Part shown: positions 34,741-44,638 of the stretch, in pieces
How positions within the stretch are numbered: position 1 is the stretch's first letter
How the letters are laid out: each line of letters starts with the position of its first letter
From: a virus
IMG/VR virus record: IMGVR_UViG_3300045988_087184
Length of the DNA stretch: 64,000 nt
Strand: one strand, 5' to 3'
Translations under genes and position numbers: made by a program
Notes under the pieces: model-generated
The model's database searches: none
What the model saw: the letters and a program-made list of their open reading frames with translations, nothing else
Told to the model about the DNA's origin: nothing

Positions 34741-36459
34741 TTAATGGGTTTTATTGTACTTTGTCCAATTATTTTCATTTGGTTGGTTACCCCATTTATC
34801 GGTATTCTTACCCTCGCTAGGTCTTCCAGCCTTTCTGCCATTACCCGTACGAACGTTACCGCCATTACCGCCGTTAATCTGAGCCGCCGCCTTTTGCTCC
34901 TCAATAGCATTCTCGGTTTCATTGTCCGCACGCTGCATATCCATAAGGAGGTCCTGCTGGTCCTCTTCCTTCTTCTCGCGCATGATACGCTCGTACTCGG
35001 CAGTCTTCGGGAAGTCGGGACAACGTTCAGAAGCCGTCTGCTTAGAGAGGAATCCGTTCTGAACTGCGGTGGCGAGGTTGGTCAGCACCTCAGATTTGTT
35101 CTGGTGAATATATGGATCTATCCACGCATTAATCGGAAGTCCAGACATCGTAGCGACACAGTTTTCATCAGTACCGATACCGAACTGGCAGATTCGGAGA
35201 ATCTTATCCAGGAACGGCTGTAACTCCTGTGCATCGTTCATTGCAACCTCCAGTGCAGGAGAATAGAGAAGCTTGATGGCTACACCTGGGAGGTCACCGG
35301 ACTTCAACTCAGGCGGCTTCACGGTGAACGACAGCTCATAGATGAGGTCATACGACTTGTTGAGCTGTGTTGCGAAGGCATCAGAGGCATCCGTGCCATT
35401 CAAGAATTCAGCCTTGCCATTAGTGTCGGTAATCATGATGGTCTTCGCAGAGCCGGTCATATCGTCTCCAGTTATAGAAATATCCTCGCCATCACCTGTG
35501 AGTGTAAGAATAGGGAAAGCGTACGCCTTATTATTCTCGCAGAGATATGAGAATGCCTCCTCGTAGTCCTCGATGTTCTTCTGGACCATAAACCAGCAAG
35601 GTCCGTTGTCGTTACGTGCGTAGGCTACCGGCACGAACTGGAAGCCGTGGTCCTTCTCTTCAATGAGTGTGTAGTCATCAATTCCGAAAATCCTTGCAAT
35701 CTTCGTCATTACCTCTTTCACCTTTCCAGACTTGACAGCCTTCTTGAAGCGGTAGAACTTCCGGTTATCCCAAGCCTCGACATATTCGGTCTTCTCGTTG
35801 CCCTCATCGTCGTAGTCGTAGTACTTCCTGGCAAAGCACAGGAGATCGCCAGTGAGCGAATCGACGTGAGGGTACAGGATATCTCCTCGATCATAAGAGA
35901 GTGTTCGTGTGCAGAATTTCTTCTTTTCATCGAAGAAACCGACGATTGCACATTCTGCAACCTTCAGATACGCACTTACAGCTTCAAAGAAGCGAATTTC
36001 CATATCGTGCATAAGCCAGCCCTTCTTGAATACATCGAGGGTCTTCTGATTCTCCTCTACCTTCTTCTCGTTCTCGTAGTCATCACCATCAGCAAGCTCG
36101 AACTGAACATCGTTGCCAGTCAAGTGCAGCAGATGCTTTGTGTGGATGAGCTGCTGGAACGCAAAGGCTGTGCGCTGAATCTTCTGGCAGTACCACCTGT
36201 TATTCTCAGGGTTCAACTTCCAGATGTCCGGGTATTCCTTCTCGTCCATTATTCTGTGTGCAGATGGATAGTACTCACGCAAGAAGTCTGCCTGCGTCTT
36301 GATGCGGCGATACATGGTGTCGTCTGGCATCGTTCCGTCATAATAGTCAGGAACAACGTCGCTTACAGCCGAGTGCTTCATGTATCCCGTAGGAGTAAGC
36401 TCGTAGAATGGCTTCCTTACGAGCAGCTCCCTTACATTATTTACCTTGATAGCATCCAT
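34741..36459 (-). CDS. portal protein
   Basis: 572 aa, lying between TerL and the MuF-like gene. Acidic/basic C-terminal tail. Confidence 0.7.
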   Translation of the reverse strand: MDAIKVNNVRELLVRKPFYELTPTGYMKHSAVSDVVPDYYDGTMPDDTMYRRIKTQADFLREYYPSAHRIMDEKEYPDIWKLNPENNRWYCQKIQRTAFAFQQLIHTKHLLHLTGNDVQFELADGDDYENEKKVEENQKTLDVFKKGWLMHDMEIRFFEAVSAYLKVAECAIVGFFDEKKKFCTRTLSYDRGDILYPHVDSLTGDLLCFARKYYDYDDEGNEKTEYVEAWDNRKFYRFKKAVKSGKVKEVMTKIARIFGIDDYTLIEEKDHGFQFVPVAYARNDNGPCWFMVQKNIEDYEEAFSYLCENNKAYAFPILTLTGDGEDISITGDDMTGSAKTIMITDTNGKAEFLNGTDASDAFATQLNKSYDLIYELSFTVKPPELKSGDLPGVAIKLLYSPALEVAMNDAQELQPFLDKILRICQFGIGTDENCVATMSGLPINAWIDPYIHQNKSEVLTNLATAVQNGFLSKQTASERCPDFPKTAEYERIMREKKEEDQQDLLMDMQRADNETENAIEEQKAAAQINGGNGGNVRTGNGRKAGRPSEGKNTDKWGNQPNENNWTKYNKTH

Positions 36460-38735
36460 AATCCTTTTACCTTTTTATTTTTCTTTTTTGTTAAACTGAA
36501 TATCATTACATAGAACCAAGATTCAAAGAAGTCAGGCGAGTGCCCGACATATTTCTTGGCAATCTTCTTAGGTAACAGCTTGAATCCCCTATCATCGCTA
36601 TTCTCGTCACGTCTGAGCATCTTACGCTCCTTCTGAAGAATCTGTCTGAGAGGAACCTTGTCAAATCCGTTTCCTGAATACTTTCTTTCAAGCAGGGCCG
36701 AGTCGATGGAAATCTGCTTCTCTTTTATCATCTTATAGAATAACCATGCGCACTGAGACTTCAAATCCTTATATAGGTATTTGATTCCTTCTTCTTCCTG
36801 ATGATTCCTCGCGATAGGTGCTGCCTGGTTGTTGAATGGGACGGCATCCTTGAAGAATCCCTTAAAGTACTGCCCTATACCCTGCATATCGTAAGTGAAG
36901 TTACATTCCTCAACGCCCCACTCTCTCAGCTTGGCCTCAACTACAGAAACGAGCGTCTTAGGGTCCAGCCTCAGAACAACCAAGTCTTTGCAGTGCCATC
37001 CTTCCCAGAGCCACATCACGAAGTTATCGCCGCCGGTGAAAGCAATATCGGCAGAAGCTCTGCGTTTTCCATCTCCTATCTGTTCTGCATTGTCGTAGAT
37101 TTCATCAAGGTCTTCCATCTTGATCATGTCATCGCCGGCAGCTTTCCAGTTCCAGTTAGCCTCCAGGTCTCGCATACGCTGTTCCTCATCCTGCTGGGCA
37201 AGGTTGGCGATATATGATGCATCGGTGGAGATAAGCTTAATGTTCTCTGATACGTCTGCACGGATGAACGTTGCTGACTTAATGAACATTTCGAGCTTCG
37301 TGTATCCAAGCTCCTCGTAGCTGTCCTTCCAAAGACTATCGATGATACCCTTGCACTGCTCGTACACCTCTTCCCTTGTGTCACCCCAGTAGATTGAGTC
37401 CGGTGTATCTCCATCCATGAAGCAGTATCGAATAACTCCGTCTCGCTCCGGTATGATGTATCCGTTCTCGTCAACCCACCAGTCGATGAACTTTCGTACC
37501 CAAGATTCCGGGTCAGGGTTACATGTAATCCAGAAGCGGTTTCGGATATGTGCTGCGTTTCGGTTGTTGGTCAAGAGGTACTTGAACTTCTTGTATGGAC
37601 ACTGAGTACCCTCATCGATGCAGACATAGGCATACTGGCGACCCTGGAATCGTGTCTTGAAGTCCTGATAGGCTCCAGCATAGTACGAGAATTTGAGCCA
37701 TCCTCCGTTATTGAAGTTCCAGGTCATATCATTTTGAGACTTATTGTAAGTTCCAAATTGGGAGAAAAGTTTATAAGAGTCGGTTACAAGCGACTGCAAG
37801 TCATCTTTCTCGTTTCGCAGGATGGTCGCATGAAAGTCCGGGTTCTTGATATCCTTCAGAACTTCCATTAGGGAAGAGAAGGACTTGGAGTTGTGGGTGA
37901 CGATAAAGTCCTCGACAACGAATAGTGAGTCCGGATTCTCAACGGCGATGCAACAGCAGTTTCGCTTGCCGACCGGTTTACAGCTGACAATCCTCCTCTT
38001 TAATTCCTTCTTTCTGTAATCGAATCTAACCTCCCATTTCTTGTTTGACTTCCTCTTTACGTAGCAAACAGAACCGAGACTGTCAACCAGATACTTGAAA
38101 TCGAATGCTTTCTTCCTTGTCTTGAAAGTCTTCTTCCAGTATTTTCCAGAAAACCTACCAGATGTTTCGATGATATGTCTTAAAGATTCCGTTCTCTCAG
38201 CGACAGAGGCTAAGCCGAACCTTTCATCAAACTCAACAGGCTTTACGCAAGGGATAGCGATATGGTAGCCTTCATTGATATAACTGGCTATCTCACAGGC
38301 AAGATGCGGCATAAGCCTCCTGTCGCCATCGATATACACATTCCATATATGGTCATCCGAGCATACTACACTTGATCCGTCAGATAGTTCGATTTCATAG
38401 CAATCTCTATCCGGATAATCAATTCGGCCTAATACCCTGTGCCCCTTACCGTCATCTCCTATTACGGTGTCACCATATTTAAGATTCTTGATTTTAATGA
38501 ACCCTCTAGTAGTCAACACTCTAGTGTCTTCATCAAGCGGACCACCTCGCGAGCCGCCAACTATCTTAATATCAGCGTCTATAGACAGCATACGCTCCTG
38601 TCCGCCACGCTGAGCTATAATCTTCAGCTTGTCGGGATGCTTCTTGTCGGTGTCTCGTAGAGACTGAATATACTCTTGCGTATATACAGGTTCTCCGTTA
38701 TCCAATTTTAATCCTGAATAAATATCTTTCTGCAT
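36441..38735 (-). CDS. terL: terminase large subunit, intein-containing
   Basis: Walker A is split as GGSRGG|intein|SKS. Walker B AYVCIDE. Start taken at the second ATG because a -7 box overlaps the first. Confidence 0.8.
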   Translation of the reverse strand: MQKDIYSGLKLDNGEPVYTQEYIQSLRDTDKKHPDKLKIIAQRGGQERMLSIDADIKIVGGSRGGPLDEDTRVLTTRGFIKIKNLKYGDTVIGDDGKGHRVLGRIDYPDRDCYEIELSDGSSVVCSDDHIWNVYIDGDRRLMPHLACEIASYINEGYHIAIPCVKPVEFDERFGLASVAERTESLRHIIETSGRFSGKYWKKTFKTRKKAFDFKYLVDSLGSVCYVKRKSNKKWEVRFDYRKKELKRRIVSCKPVGKRNCCCIAVENPDSLFVVEDFIVTHNSKSFSSLMEVLKDIKNPDFHATILRNEKDDLQSLVTDSYKLFSQFGTYNKSQNDMTWNFNNGGWLKFSYYAGAYQDFKTRFQGRQYAYVCIDEGTQCPYKKFKYLLTNNRNAAHIRNRFWITCNPDPESWVRKFIDWWVDENGYIIPERDGVIRYCFMDGDTPDSIYWGDTREEVYEQCKGIIDSLWKDSYEELGYTKLEMFIKSATFIRADVSENIKLISTDASYIANLAQQDEEQRMRDLEANWNWKAAGDDMIKMEDLDEIYDNAEQIGDGKRRASADIAFTGGDNFVMWLWEGWHCKDLVVLRLDPKTLVSVVEAKLREWGVEECNFTYDMQGIGQYFKGFFKDAVPFNNQAAPIARNHQEEEGIKYLYKDLKSQCAWLFYKMIKEKQISIDSALLERKYSGNGFDKVPLRQILQKERKMLRRDENSDDRGFKLLPKKIAKKYVGHSPDFFESWFYVMIFSLTKKKNKKVKGLWMLSR
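37890..38540 (-). mobile_element. 217-aa intein in the TerL P-loop
   Basis: Block A PLDEDTRVLT, block B CSDDHIW, block F NCCCIAVENPDSLFVV, block G FIVTHN followed by S. Confidence 0.75.
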
Positions 38736-38770
38736 AAAAATACATTTTATACGCAAAAATACACAATATT

Positions 38771-38802
38771 TTTGTATAATTGCATAATTATTTGTATATT
38801 TG
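38771..38802 (+). promoter_or_regulatory. promoter of the structural operon
   Basis: TTTG (38771-38774), a 20-nt spacer, then TATATTTG (38795-38802). Confidence 0.6.
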
Positions 38803-38880
38803 CGGTATTAAAACGTATATTTATACATTTTCGAAGTGGAAGAACTACTTCAAGGATAACATTTTTAATAAAACAACAAC

Positions 38881-39582
38881 ATGACAAGAGAAGAACTCTT
38901 AGCATTAGTGAACAAGGAGGCTGATACCACCAAGTTCAAATCACTTAGCCAGAAGACCATCAATGAAGAACTTGATGATGTTTTGGAAGATTTCGGTGAC
39001 GATGAGGCTGCAAATGCCAAGTTGGTTACCAAGTTAGCAAACCGCCTTAAGCGCATGGACGGAAACCTGCACAAGAATGTCTCTGACGAGATTAAGAAGA
39101 GCAAGGAGGAAGCTGAGCGCAAGAAGAAGGAAGAGGAAGAGGAGCGCAAGCGCAAGGAGGAAGAGGAGGGTAAAACCGGTTCTGACGACAAGTACAATGA
39201 GCTTCTCAAAGAAATCAAAGCCCTCAAGGAAGCTAACGCAGAACGAGACAAGAAGGCTGCAAGGAAGGCAACCATCGAGTCAGTAAAGGCAGGTTTGAAG
39301 GATAAGTTCGACAAGGCAAACCTTGAAATGAAGAACTACTTCCTCAATGCTGCAATCGCAAAGCTGGAGATTCCGGACGAAGATGCCGACATCGACGACC
39401 TGGTTTCTAAGGCTGAGAAGATCTACACCGCAGAGTACAAGGAGGCTACCGGTGAAAACGGTATTCCTGCAAAGGGACAGCGATCATCTGGTGGCGGAAG
39501 CACTACTGACGACGACAAGTTCATGGATGAGGTTGCCGAGCGTCGCAAGAAGAGATACGGCGGCGGTGAAGACAAGAAGTAA
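38881..39582 (+). CDS. scaffolding protein (putative)
   Basis: 233 aa, K/E-rich coiled coil, first gene before the capsid genes. Confidence 0.55.
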   Translation: MTREELLALVNKEADTTKFKSLSQKTINEELDDVLEDFGDDEAANAKLVTKLANRLKRMDGNLHKNVSDEIKKSKEEAERKKKEEEEERKRKEEEEGKTGSDDKYNELLKEIKALKEANAERDKKAARKATIESVKAGLKDKFDKANLEMKNYFLNAAIAKLEIPDEDADIDDLVSKAEKIYTAEYKEATGENGIPAKGQRSSGGGSTTDDDKFMDEVAERRKKRYGGGEDKK

Positions 39583-39617
39583 TTTCAGGATAACAATTTA
39601 AAAAAGGTAAAAAGATT

Positions 39618-40391
39618 ATGGACAACACTTCTATTTCCTACATGGAACAGATGGGTACTCGTGGTATGCTGAACCACGGTGCAACCATTGTTCAGACAGA
39701 AGGTAAGGTCGGTGGAACCCGATACGTGTTTGCAGGCCTTGAGGCACTCATCAAGAATGCCTTCGTTCACCCACCTATTGGTGGTAAGCTTGTCAACCCA
39801 TTCAAGGGGCAGGCTAAGATTTATGCCGGTGACTTGATCGAGCACGACCTTGGCTTTACAGCAGGCAACGAAGGTCCTGGTGCTACCATTAAGATTCTGA
39901 AGGCATACGGTGTAGCAAAGGCTACTACTGCGGCTACAGACACAGACATCTATATCGTTCGTAACGGATTCGTTCACATTCCGTTCCCTGGCGATACCAT
40001 CATGATCGGTCAGAAGGACTTTAAGACAAAAGCAAAGGGTGTGACTGTTTCTGCCGTTGAGGCTACGACTGACGACACCGCAGGTGATGTTTGGAAGGTT
40101 ACTCTTTCTGCCGCTCTCGGCACATTGAAGGTAGGTGACGTATTGGTTGAGGCTGCAAGTGCAGGCGAATCCGTATTGCCTATGGTGACCAACCCTAACT
40201 GCTTTGCTCCGAACGACAATGACTTCCCTTATTTCGATGCCGGCGGCGACAAGTACCACAAGCCTCGTACAAACATCAACTTCTGTATGTTGAATCCAGA
40301 CTGCGTTATGTGGCTTGACCGTATGGGTCCTGTTCCTCCTGCTGTCAAGGCGATGAACAAGTCACTCTACCCAGAGTTCTGGCATATTTAA
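39618..40391 (+). CDS. head protein (decoration or auxiliary capsid protein?)
   Basis: 257-aa ORF between the scaffold and major capsid genes. Confidence 0.5.
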   Translation: MDNTSISYMEQMGTRGMLNHGATIVQTEGKVGGTRYVFAGLEALIKNAFVHPPIGGKLVNPFKGQAKIYAGDLIEHDLGFTAGNEGPGATIKILKAYGVAKATTAATDTDIYIVRNGFVHIPFPGDTIMIGQKDFKTKAKGVTVSAVEATTDDTAGDVWKVTLSAALGTLKVGDVLVEAASAGESVLPMVTNPNCFAPNDNDFPYFDAGGDKYHKPRTNINFCMLNPDCVMWLDRMGPVPPAVKAMNKSLYPEFWHI

Positions 40392-40426
40392 CCTATTGTA
40401 TAACGTAAAAAGATTGATTCAGGATT

Positions 40427-41608
40427 ATGGCAAAAATTGATATTGGTGTCGAGCAGCTTGCGAAGTTCTTCACTGGTAAGGGCAACAACACTTACCTTCA
40501 GAAGTTCATCAATCGCGACGGCGTACTTCGCTGTAACAACGGCTGGTATCTGACACAGGGTGACATCGATCCAAACCTCACCCCTACATCTAATAATGGC
40601 GACGCAACCTTCAAGGTTCGTCTTCGCAAATTGAACCCTGCAACCTTGATGAGCCTCCGTGCTCCTCTCGGCGAGGGCTATCAGAACGACCACGAGGGTA
40701 TTGAGTGGTATACCGCTTCAATCCCAGACTTCGCTGCTGACGGCTTCCGTGAGACTGCGACAGAGCGTTACCACAAGATGCAGCTTCTCCGGGATGAGTT
40801 CGGCAACGATGCAGACCTGGTTGATGCTTATCTCGACAAGGTTCAGATATTGTATGACTCTCTTGACATGACTATGAACTACATGTCAGCCCAGTTGAGT
40901 TCTAAGGGTATCATCGACTACGACAAGATTGGTCGCGGTATCCAGGAGTCTCTGTATGACGCAAAGGTTCCTGCAAAGAACTTCAAGAAGGCAGGCAAGC
41001 TTGCCTGGAGCGACGCAAACTGCGACTTGCTTGAACAGATGCGTAAGTTTGAGGAGGATTGGCGCAATGAGAATATCGAGTACCGCAGTGTACCTCTCGT
41101 ATGGCAGATGACCAAGAACGACTACAACAACGTATTCTTGAAGAACAAGCAGATTGCCGAGCTGTACAAGAGCTGGGCGAACGCTAACTTTGTGGCAGTA
41201 TTGCAGAACTACGGTCCGAACAACGCAATGTTCCTGAAGTCTGTTGTTGACCTCAATGGTCTTTCTCCTATCGAGATTGTCGATGAGGTTGAGCACAACA
41301 AGCGCTTCGATGGAACCGTTACCGAGATTCGTGGTTGGGCAGACGGAACAGTCGTTCTTCGCCCTGCTGGCAAGCCATTGCGTTTCATGCGCAAGGAGAT
41401 TCTCGACAAGCGAATCTTCGATGCCCTCGGCAACAAGCTCGTAGATGTAGCATGGGCACAGACCAACAACGGTCTCGGTCTTCTCCGTAACATGGTTACC
41501 GCTAACGGTATGTTCCAGGAGTTCAAGACAGACTTGTTCCTTGCTTCCGTTCCTGCTATGCTCGATTCTCCTTACCGTTGGATTATCGACATCACCCAGA
41601 AGGGTTAA
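40427..41608 (+). CDS. major capsid protein (putative, gpE-like position)
   Basis: 393 aa. Assigned from position and size. Confidence 0.55.
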   Translation: MAKIDIGVEQLAKFFTGKGNNTYLQKFINRDGVLRCNNGWYLTQGDIDPNLTPTSNNGDATFKVRLRKLNPATLMSLRAPLGEGYQNDHEGIEWYTASIPDFAADGFRETATERYHKMQLLRDEFGNDADLVDAYLDKVQILYDSLDMTMNYMSAQLSSKGIIDYDKIGRGIQESLYDAKVPAKNFKKAGKLAWSDANCDLLEQMRKFEEDWRNENIEYRSVPLVWQMTKNDYNNVFLKNKQIAELYKSWANANFVAVLQNYGPNNAMFLKSVVDLNGLSPIEIVDEVEHNKRFDGTVTEIRGWADGTVVLRPAGKPLRFMRKEILDKRIFDALGNKLVDVAWAQTNNGLGLLRNMVTANGMFQEFKTDLFLASVPAMLDSPYRWIIDITQKG

Positions 41609-41630
41609 TTCTTTAACGTAACTAGATTGT

Positions 41631-42065
41631 ATGACTATGGATTCGGAGATGAACATTTACACTGTGAACGACTACCTTATTAATAAGGTGAAGTTCGAGA
41701 TGCCGATGAAGGCACTGCTGGGCATCATGCACGACAGGGAGCTTGAAAATGGCATCGACCTCGAAGCCTGCGACAAGGACAAGGTAAGACTTGCCTATGC
41801 CGACATGCTGAAATGGTTTGTTCTTGGTCCGAGCAAGGTGAACAACACCTCCGATTCCGATAACGGATGGACTCATTCGGGAGGTGGCTACGATATGTCG
41901 GACAACGACAGGAGCGAGATGAAGGCAGAGGCTAACGCTATCTATGCAGAGCTGGAGCCTGATTCGATGCTCAAGAAGAAGTCCACCTTCCGGTTGACCT
42001 CCCACGGAGTAAAGAGGGCGAATTATTCTCCTTGGGGAGAACCTCTCCCTCACATCATCAAATAA
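41631..42065 (+). CDS. head-tail connector protein (putative)
   Basis: 144-aa ORF. Assigned by position. Confidence 0.45.
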   Translation: MTMDSEMNIYTVNDYLINKVKFEMPMKALLGIMHDRELENGIDLEACDKDKVRLAYADMLKWFVLGPSKVNNTSDSDNGWTHSGGGYDMSDNDRSEMKAEANAIYAELEPDSMLKKKSTFRLTSHGVKRANYSPWGEPLPHIIK

Positions 42066-42070
42066 GGCGT

Positions 42071-42448
42071 ATGGAAAAGGAAAACATCAGAAACCCAAGA
42101 TACCCTCACATCATCAAGATCGTGAGGAAGGTCGTCGGAAAAGCCGACCCTGATGACCCGTTTGCCGATGATGATGCTCCAGTTGGTGAGGACAAGGAAA
42201 TCATTCTCTACTATGGCGAAGGCCGCAGCTACACCGATACCACAACAGAGGGAGACAAAAATGTCGACCAGAACAAGAGGAAGGCATCGATTCCGGTCAG
42301 ATATGACGAATGGGATGCTGAAAGATGTCCTCTTGACGGCGACACCATCTACTCCACTGTCGGCAACAATACCGAGGTAGGTATGGTCAAGGACTGCGAG
42401 CCGGATAATAACAGGACTGTCGTTTACTGGAATCTCACTAGGGTTTAG
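42071..42448 (+). CDS. head-tail adaptor (putative)
   Basis: 125-aa ORF. Assigned by position. Confidence 0.45.
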   Translation: MEKENIRNPRYPHIIKIVRKVVGKADPDDPFADDDAPVGEDKEIILYYGEGRSYTDTTTEGDKNVDQNKRKASIPVRYDEWDAERCPLDGDTIYSTVGNNTEVGMVKDCEPDNNRTVVYWNLTRV

Positions 42449-42451
42449 GTT

Positions 42452-43024
42452 ATGGTAAAATACTTTAGCGGAAAGCGTCTGTCTCTTGGAGCGCAGTTCG
42501 AGCATCAGATTAAGCCAAGGGTCGAAAAGCTGGCGTATGACAAGATGCTTGCGATTATGCAGGAACTTGCTCACAGAACCGTCAACTATTTCAAAGAGAA
42601 CAGGACGTTCTACAATATCACCGGTAACGCATATACTTCGTTCTATGCAGCAGTGTATTACAAAGGAAAGCTCATTTACATGGTGCGTGCCTCGAAGGGT
42701 GAAAAAGCACCAACGCGAGTAACCCTGGCAGAAGGAGAGAAATACAATCTCCCATTCTACTACGACGGAGGAGAAAACAAAGGCTACACCGGTTCAGTCG
42801 GTGGCGGTCACCAGTGGGGTCCAAACCTTCTATACGGACGTATCGGAAAGGTGAAATCTACCGGGAAAGACTGGGCACTCGTTGCGATATGTCCTGTTGA
42901 ATATGCAGTATTCGATAAGGAGAACCGCATTTTCGAGACAGTTTACAACACATACGAGTCTCTTCCGGATATGTTCGATGCCTGCGTAGTGTACGCCAAT
43001 AGTTCAACTTTTAACAAACTGTAA
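42452..43024 (+). CDS. head closure / tail completion protein (putative)
   Basis: 190-aa ORF. Assigned by position. Confidence 0.45.
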   Translation: MVKYFSGKRLSLGAQFEHQIKPRVEKLAYDKMLAIMQELAHRTVNYFKENRTFYNITGNAYTSFYAAVYYKGKLIYMVRASKGEKAPTRVTLAEGEKYNLPFYYDGGENKGYTGSVGGGHQWGPNLLYGRIGKVKSTGKDWALVAICPVEYAVFDKENRIFETVYNTYESLPDMFDACVVYANSSTFNKL

Positions 43025-43027
43025 GCT

Positions 43028-43435
43028 ATGGTAGATATCAAGCAGATATATTTCGACTTAGGAAACGCCGTAAAGGGTATATGCGACAAGGTGTACCCTA
43101 GGAATCGTCCTAAGGCCGTGGATACCAAAATAGGTAGCTACATCGTCGTAAGTGCTCCGTACACAATCAGGAACAACGAGATGAACTATGATGGCTCCTA
43201 CAACGACTATACTACCACTATCCAGATAGAGGTGTATGTAAGAGATAAGGCCTCCTCGGCGAATCCTAATGGTTTCAGTCCTGCGGAAATGGATAAGAAA
43301 GTCAAGGCGGTCCTCGAAAGATTCCCGATTTCTACAGACAACATCATCGTTACTAGACCGAACGTTGCTATCCAGGCTGACGACGGCGCAGGTTTTTCCG
43401 TGACAATCATACAGGGAAGGTTACGTACTAGATAA
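43028..43435 (+). CDS. tail terminator-like protein (putative)
   Basis: 135-aa ORF. Assigned by position. Confidence 0.45.
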   Translation: MVDIKQIYFDLGNAVKGICDKVYPRNRPKAVDTKIGSYIVVSAPYTIRNNEMNYDGSYNDYTTTIQIEVYVRDKASSANPNGFSPAEMDKKVKAVLERFPISTDNIIVTRPNVAIQADDGAGFSVTIIQGRLRTR

Positions 43436-43470
43436 GTATTCAGGTATAACAATTTAAAATATTTTAGATT

Positions 43471-44073
43471 ATGGCTATGACAACTATTGACAAGATGAAG
43501 GACATTTTCAATGGTCCTAAAACTCTGCTCTACTCAAAGGCTATTACCGATTTGAGCAAGGCTACAGTTGACATCACCCCAGAGGTCGAGCTTCCGGTTA
43601 CCGTTGACTCGCTGAAGGCGACTATGGATGACCCAACCATCAACCACTACAAGGTTATCGGTCTTGCTGGTGACTGGGCAACTACCGCAGAGCTCGGCGA
43701 CTTCAACGTAGAGTTCGTTGTTCCTTCAAAGGCAAAGGACTTGCTGACAATTATGTTCGGCGAGGATGCTATCACCGAGCTGACAAAAGTTACTCTGAAG
43801 GGTACAGGTGATGCTACTCTCGACGCTACTACCGGCTTTACAGGTATCGCTGTTGAGCCTAAGAAGTTCAAGATCAAGGGCACTATCGTTATCGTTGACG
43901 ACGAGAAGGAGAACCTCATGGTTATTACCAACATCGCTCTCTACGCTACATTGCAGTGGGATAACTCCGGTACTGAGCCTGTTGCGTTTAAGTTCTCAGG
44001 TTCTATCGAGGGTGCAGGTAAGCGCAGCATCGCTTGGCTTACTAAGGCTCCAGCTCCCGGTATTGGCGGTTAA
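43471..44073 (+). CDS. major tail protein (putative)
   Basis: 200 aa. Followed by a strong terminator and then the chaperone and tape-measure genes. Confidence 0.55.
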   Translation: MAMTTIDKMKDIFNGPKTLLYSKAITDLSKATVDITPEVELPVTVDSLKATMDDPTINHYKVIGLAGDWATTAELGDFNVEFVVPSKAKDLLTIMFGEDAITELTKVTLKGTGDATLDATTGFTGIAVEPKKFKIKGTIVIVDDEKENLMVITNIALYATLQWDNSGTEPVAFKFSGSIEGAGKRSIAWLTKAPAPGIGG

Positions 44074-44118
44074 TCAAGTAAGGCTTCTTTAGGTAATTAG
44101 ATTCAGGATAACAAACCG

Positions 44119-44166
44119 TAGGGCGGCAGGCTAGTCGACAGCCGTGCCGCCCTATCTCATTTTTTA
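44119..44166 (+). terminator. rho-independent terminator/attenuator
   Basis: TAGGGCGGCA pairs with TGCCGCCCTA (10 bp), followed by TCTCATTTTTT. Confidence 0.75.
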
Positions 44167-44179
44167 ATAGCATACAATC

Positions 44180-44638
44180 ATGGCAGAAGAAAAGAAAATT
44201 GAGCAGCCTTCGGTGGACTTGCAGAAGTTGCTCGACAGCGTACTGCACGACGAGCCTACCGAGTTCGTGTTCCGTGGAAAGAAGCACAAGCTCGGCTGGC
44301 TTCGCAAGGGAACCATGAGCAGGTGTTCTCATATCAGGGCTAAGGAGAAGAACGAATGGAAGCGCAACGTCAAGATTTGCGTCTGCATCCTTCTCAACAA
44401 CATCTGGAAGATTCGGTTCCTGTATTGGATCTACTGGCGTTGGCTCTACTACATCAAGGATGTGGATGTGGCCGAGGTTCTGAGAGTTCTCGATGTTTCT
44501 AAAAAAAAAATTCCATCGAACGCATTCTCACTGGCTACCATATTAGCGACCGGGATGACGGACGTGATGATGACGATGACGAGGAGCGAAGCAAAAGCTA
44601 TCCAAGCAGAACAAGCTGGGGAGCAGCCTTCTCACTAG
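44180..44638 (+). CDS. tail assembly chaperone, short form (gpG analogue)
   Basis: 152-aa ORF immediately upstream of the tape-measure gene. Confidence 0.65.
   Translation: MAEEKKIEQPSVDLQKLLDSVLHDEPTEFVFRGKKHKLGWLRKGTMSRCSHIRAKEKNEWKRNVKICVCILLNNIWKIRFLYWIYWRWLYYIKDVDVAEVLRVLDVSKKKIPSNAFSLATILATGMTDVMMTMTRSEAKAIQAEQAGEQPSH

Noticed and set aside
38865-39314. 149-aa minus-strand ORF
   Set aside because: It is low-complexity (S/L-rich) and is the antisense shadow of the K/E-rich scaffold gene.
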